A stretch of 64,000 bases of DNA from positions 248,001 to 312,000 of the forward strand of contig OZ251234.1 of assembly GCA_965240325.2 (NCBI GenBank), in the 5' to 3' direction. Origin of the DNA: Rebecca billardiae RCC1528 (taxonomy: Eukaryota > Protista > Haptophyta). The notes under the pieces are model-generated. The model was not told the origin of the DNA. It did no database searches and worked only from the letters and a program-made list of their open reading frames with translations. Positions 63,701-64,000 of the stretch are shown here, one piece after another (within the stretch, counting starts at the first letter, position 1; each line of letters opens with the position of its first letter). The position numbers were made by a program, and so were the translations under genes.

Positions 63701-64000
63701 CGGCGGTGATGGAGGTGGGCTCGGTGGCGGGCTCGGTGGTGGGCTTGGCGGCGGAGGGCTCGGCGGTGGGCTCGGCGGCACGCTCGGTGGCGGCGACGGC
63801 GGTGGGCTCGGCGGCGGGCTCGGTATAGGTGACGGCGGCGGCGACGGTGGTGGGCTCGGCGGCGGGCTCGGAACAGGTGACGGCGGCGGCGATGGTGGTG
63901 GGCTCGGCGGTGGTGAGCTCGGCGGCGACGATGGCGGCGGCGATGGTGGCGGCTTCGGCGGCGGTGACGGCGGCGGCGGGCTCGGCGGCGGTGGTGGAGG
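48716..64000 (-). CDS. Polycystin-1-like surface protein (Ser-Pro array, SEA-like, IPT/TIG, REJ, EGF, GPS, ~5 TM, EF-hand pair); 5'-partial, >5,000 aa
   Basis: GSVVFDFSV (SEA-like); PPAGPVGGGTVVTLKGVGF (IPT); VRLDASATLDP...FAW and PPYGGALSAAPSAGGIALRTHF...W..DELPLSYAF (REJ); CACEPPYHGREC (EGF); CHWWDEARREWSAEGC...CACTHLTDF (GPS). The frame stays open to the window edge. Confidence 0.88.
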   Translation of the reverse strand, partial: PPPPPPSPPPPSPPPKPPPSPPPSSPPSSPPPSPPPSPPPSPVPSPPPSPPPSPPPSPIPSPPPSPPPSPPPSVPPSPPPSPPPPSPPPSPPPSPPPSPPPSPPPPSPPPKPPPSPPPSPPPSPPPPSPPPSPPPSPIPSPPPSPPPSPPPSVPPSPPPSPPPPSPPPSPPPSPPPSPPPSPPPPSPPPKPPPSPPPSPPPSPPPPSPPPSPPPSPIPSPPPSPPPSPPPSVPPSPPPSPPPPSPPPSPPPSPPPPPPPSPPPPSPPPKPPPSPPPSPPPPSPPPSPPPSPIPSSPPSPPPSPPPSVPPSPPPSPPPPSPPQSPPPSPPPPPPPSPPPPSPPPKPPPSPPPSPPPPSPPPSPPPSPIPSSPPSPPPSPPPSVPPSPPPSPPPPSPPPSPPPSPPPPPPPSPPPPSPPPKPPPSPPPSSPPSSPPPSPPPSPPPSPVPSPPPSPPPSPPPSPIPSPPPSPPPSPPPSVPPSPPPSPPPPSPPPSPPPSPPPSPPPSPPPPSPPPKPPPSPPPSPPPSPPPPSPPPSPPPSPIPSPPPSPPPSPPPSVPPSPPPSPPPPSPPPSPPPSPPPPPPPSPPPPSPPPKPPPSPPPSPPPSPPPPSPPPSPPPSPIPSPPPSPPPSPPPSVPPSPPPSPPPPSPPPSPPPSPPPSPPPSPPPPSPPPKPPPSPPPSPPPSPPPPSPPPSPPPSPIPSPPPSPPPSPPPSVPPSPPPSPPPPSPPPSPPPSPPPPPPPSPPPPSPPPKPPPSPPPSSPPSSPPPSPPPSPPPSPVPSPPPSPPPSPPPSPIPSPPPSPPPSPPPSVPPSPPPSPPPPSPPPSPPPSPPPSPPPSPPPPSPPPKPPPSPPPSPPPSPPPPSPPPSPPPSPIPSPPPSPPPSPPPSVPPSPPPSPPPPSPPPSPPPSPPPPPPPSPPPPSPPPKPPPSPPPSSPPSSPPPSPPPSPPPSPVPSPPPSPPPSPPPSPIPSPPPSPPPSLPPSVPPSPPPSPPPPSPPPSPPPSPPPSRPPNPPPPSPPPKPPPLPPPSPPPSPPPPSPPPSPPPSPIPSPPPSPPPSPPPSVPPSPPPSPPPPSPPPSPPPSPPPSPPLSPPPPSPPPKPPPSLPPSPPPSPPPPSPPPSPPPSPRPRPPPSPPPSPPPSPIPSPPPSPPPSPPPSVPPSPPPSPPPPSPPPTPPPSPPPSPPPSPPPPSPPPKPPPSPPPSPPPSPPPPSPRPSPPPSPRPRPPPSPPPSPPPSPIPSPPPSPPPSPPPSVPPSPPPSPPPPSPPPSPPPSPPPSPPPSPPPPSPPPKPPPSLPPSPPPSPPPPSPPPSPPPSPIPSPPPSPPPSPPPSVSPSPPPSPPPPSPPPSPPPSPPPSPPPSPPPPSLPPKPPPSPPPSPPPSPPPPSPPPKPPPSPPPSPPPSPPPPSPPPSPPPSPIPSPPPSQPPSPPPSVPPSPPPSPPPPSPPPSPPPSPPPSPTPSPPPPSAPPRPPPSPPSPQPGPPPSPPPSPSPSPPPSPPPPSPPRPPTLLPPSPPPSPPPSLLPSPPPSPPPIGAPPSPPPLPPPSPPPSLPPLQPPSPPPSPPPSPSPSPLPSPPPSPPQSPPPSLPPNPPPSPPPIGAPPSPPPLPPPSPPPSLPPLPPPSPPPSPPPSPPPSPLPSPPPSPPPSPPLSPPPSLPPSPPPSPPPIGAPPNPPPLPPPSPPPSLPPLPPPSPPPSPPPSPPPNPPPSLPPSPPPSPPPIGAPPSPPPLPPPSPPPSLPPLPPPSPPPSPPPSPPPSPLPSPPPSPPPNPPPSPPPIGAPPSPPPLPPPSPPPSLPPLPPPSPPPSPQPSPPPSLPPSPPPSPPPIGAPPSPPPLPPPSPPPSLPPLPPPSPPPSPPPSPPPSPLPSPPPSPPPSPPPNPPPSPPPIGAPPSPPPLPPPSPPPSLPPLPPPSPPPSPPPSPPPSPLPSPPPSPPPSPPPSPPPNPPPSPPPIGAPPSPPPLPPPSPPPSLPPLPPPSPPPSPPPSPPPSPLPSPPPSPPPSPPPNPPPSPPPIGAPPSPPPLPPPSPPPSLPPLPPPSPPPSPPPSPSPTLLPPSPPPSPPPTLLPPSPPPSPPPSPPPSPPPSPPPNPPPSPPPIGAPPSPPPLPPLSPPPSLPPLPPPSPPPSPPPSPPPNPPPSLPPSPPPSPPPIGAPPSPPPLPPPSPPPILPPLPPPSPPPSAPPSPSPSPSPSPSPPPSPPPPAAQPLLLQGQLTADVDVGAVNGATEVAVAGAIASVCGVRPSRVRIGGYAAGSVVFDFSVEFGAEEAADAPRVLGVLGSDTAVSELSSQLQMSVGSVLGIAGLVLTAAPSPPPGSPPSPPPSPPPLPPHSPHAPPFPPPSPPPMRQPAAPPPGASPAPPPSPPPSIPPPPSPPPRQPPRQPPPPPPPSNPPSPPPPPRELPFPPPHPPSSPPPAAPPPPAIRAVVHGSEPLGAPLGSASVLTLRGAGFVGPTGGGGDGGGAGDGVGPAACAFWRAGGAGAEASTPAVVLSAHAAACAVPSAAANGSALPAGRYVVGLSLDGGAYAAPPLFDEIAISLYEMGAVRVAALHPPAGPVGGGTVVTLKGVGFAEYGEGEMCCVLRGGGGDGDGGCAARASMLPDGADGSTRARCTLPPLPASEPAPALGGATAVALELSLGNGTAHTTTADGMQFRFYAPPRLLSIRPAQGGAGEPTVIEGEGFGALQGAGLGGLLRVAFGDALAPPPTNATDSLVHVRSSYGGAEGGAPAAVRVSLNGQQFEPAPSEGAEAGAAGVTFAFIGAHAPRLVSAHLGGSATSVVLRFDAQPTNRAGMGGALGACAAVLDDGTLALVAGPNRTSGAQPACYWPSASTLVVQLGVGTAVRPGSALALRAGAVRPAASVCAPPCDPSALAAAGAATIDADAPCGVGVPCPTPLAALSGPDTLSRCPDATLRLDGSASAGGGAAGLAYEWALDRSRSAGVSEAEAAALNALLGAERGAALELPALGALAPRASALTFALRVRSAMLGSLSEPAAHTVSRAGAQGAPTVAVDGPALRVARAEAPTLLSAAAAVAGCWARADARVLFSWSLLGVTRTGSAEPADGSAARPAALGGASEAAAPSAATLLLPPFSLSPLHTYELQVVARMAADGGAAASASVRVLVEQLPLRATIAGGDRSMAAERPVRLDASATLDPNTGSAEGLRFAWRVVAVGAEGRGGGGANGSAPAPAAEPLPPAVPTNASVLLLPPGALAAGEYEVFLAVSAAQPAAAPPSTAAIELPQGASASVRLTLVAAPIPTITFAPLGRAKYSAVWSAPSARLALATALDAESAARRASGAASYTLRWRARLVGAGGAPEGDAGLDLDDTAAITTTGGARHTLAFRSGALTPGATYAFELTVMQAVGGGGGGGSAAQQQAARASIVVPISRPPYGGALSAAPSAGGIALRTHFRVQAEGWRSDELPLSYAFTQRRAAASGGGEGGAAELTATPLGVAGASPIASVLLPAGPRALQLTVQDAVGARASAPAVLVTVEPPDDDGSGEALADALGRARSALERSDHAEAMQLLDGLAHALAEEPAGARALAAGNGSALVAHIVRLTAAEGAAVAPPTAEARAQSAAALAAALSAPVPLDAPTRAAGLAHVATLASASAAAGGVDGGTARALLSSVDSALGAPAGGGGALTPEEAVALGGAALEAASGLALALLAGAVPGELPAEAVSARVNVSVARRTAAALAANATLGGAGGGGALALPAALWGGGGGGGGGAVPAPDAPVDVVLIAFGPNVHAEPANQSGALLGPLRTAVLRVQLRDPTAGAEIAISGLSEPVVLGLPPAREAAAAIEPSASCAAAATDGAAAPCSARGACVALGGGLRGCACEPPYHGRECGRADACHWWDEARREWSAEGCTTLDAPPDGADPSLLYCACTHLTDFAALSVPASREAAADEAASVRVNTFSAADGAAVLLSPAEGHRENVTIYRLVYLLSGLNALCLLLAAAADRRALAIYSRWLESERLTSGLGASERARAEGGGRGLLGGGSGRWASTGASSARSSRTSARSARSRGRSLGGSSRRDDGGAREAGSFGQRGGSVADGGSFRGGGSCGAGAGAGAAQTTVERVRARRAASAAAAGGAAPGRGAEQPSRAALDRYLGARLVVEEEEEAEAEGGRAAGGEAEADEVAEWAAPAGTADDAPAAEAGAEAGAEARASGASASSASAALEWRRSRSRSPPSRPRSPPPRSPPPRSPPRAASLSVFAPPRSAAQDIAEHHDLGRRFSMQAQRYAGAARGLERARAVLEAVAEQHTLLALLFARPERALRRVELVQSLFNTLALQLALECMLYTQDGAGGGDGGGVGLLTLLLRALIVGAVALPALWAFKGAWHLARHDGRATPSWRLYHGLREHLGGWLGADADARARAAEAVSAGPAIGRAERLRASRAGGVGGSGCCAGGARRYVDTRPACAKTSVGGWRCGARGSVSSSTAANTLSSATSAGTLLSAVSSRASLLAVAPWVSAQPAHAPHAPRAPARGPAVAPLSAPPEGTEEGGGATLAPGARGRAGQRSPPPAAPSPRSADGRGGSGAGGGRSPGASSGGSAPRSGGSVRRASCGCGIVAPLQSGGALAARAASLRATPPLAERQPGAAASSPAGSPAGGAPPAPGFQSPYRPGRRHLAAPGSVRSGSGCSSPSGSWRGSAASDASAAGSGSFQLQRRRVPPPPPPPGATARDAPSPAAAGGRVPRQLSPRAPPTLDGAPAPAAAPPPPPSPPPASPPRGRTSAPAQRPPMPSAARALDEDDRSGQGDGADSREVRAAAGPRRPPALTRSGSGDTPTPPSPRPRVPRAAAPPAAAPPPAEGAGGSAPTVGARRAAAPPPPPPSLPPPPPPLERGSAPSSGMGSPLGEGGPPAAHAPARAAPAPAPAPRRSSRARRSSLFRAQSELTGAELAALRAAFERCDSTGDGRVDEAGVGLIMAELGDPLLPHERRRLLRDLDLDADLRVDELEMVVWFARQRAAERRAAEWVRVLCPCPPPPPWARSPLAWAAMLGLYTGLCALVIVYGRLFGRAQTEAMLASWGAALLGTFALEEPLLLALRQLGPWAARALVEGGVLADLAESSLVLGARAALDAMRFFFKG
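57410..64000 (-). repeat. Coding extensin/pherophorin-like (SPPP)n array with higher-order units (225/237/285 bp in the distal part)
   Basis: Translation is almost pure Ser-Pro. The landmark GGTATAGGTG recurs at mostly 225/237/285-bp spacing from ~59750 to ~63830. The proximal sub-array (57480-59480) uses PIGAPPSPPPLPPP units. Confidence 0.95.

Noticed and set aside
57862-63828. Series of Val/Ala/Gly-rich + strand ORFs resembling small membrane proteins
   Set aside because: They are the antisense reading of the Ser-Pro array; their periodic stops simply mark repeat units.

Overview
Very GC-rich, intron-containing eukaryotic DNA. Introns are GT-AG, mostly begin GTGCGC and are filled with (CG/CA)n tracts. 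The style and gene content suggest a flagellated alga, possibly a pavlovophyte haptophyte (inference only). I reconstructed eight spliced or single-exon genes by hand: (1) a double Yippee/Mis18-type Zn-binding protein; (2) a ~4,400-aa chromatin protein with ~10 Agenet/Tudor modules, a Zn ribbon, an AP2 domain, a linker-histone-like winged helix and an intact SNF2 ATPase, broken by one +1 frame break at ~14400; (3) an R2R3-type MYB factor; (4) a ~3,270-aa ARM-like/EF-hand protein; (5) a lebercilin-like coiled-coil protein; (6) a CLAMP/CFAP119-like flagellar protein; (7) a class I SAM methyltransferase; (8) a 5'-partial polycystin-1-like REJ-EGF-GPS membrane protein with a >6.5 kb Ser-Pro array. 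Between 20.2 and 31.4 kb lies a mobile-element island with three non-autonomous TIR elements and two copies of a TIR-plus-hairpin element, all sitting at TA sites or TA microsatellites. One TIR element has RSS-heptamer (CACAGTG) ends. Most long ORFs in the supplied track are GC-content or antisense shadows. All domain calls are by motif recognition and were not confirmed by any database search.
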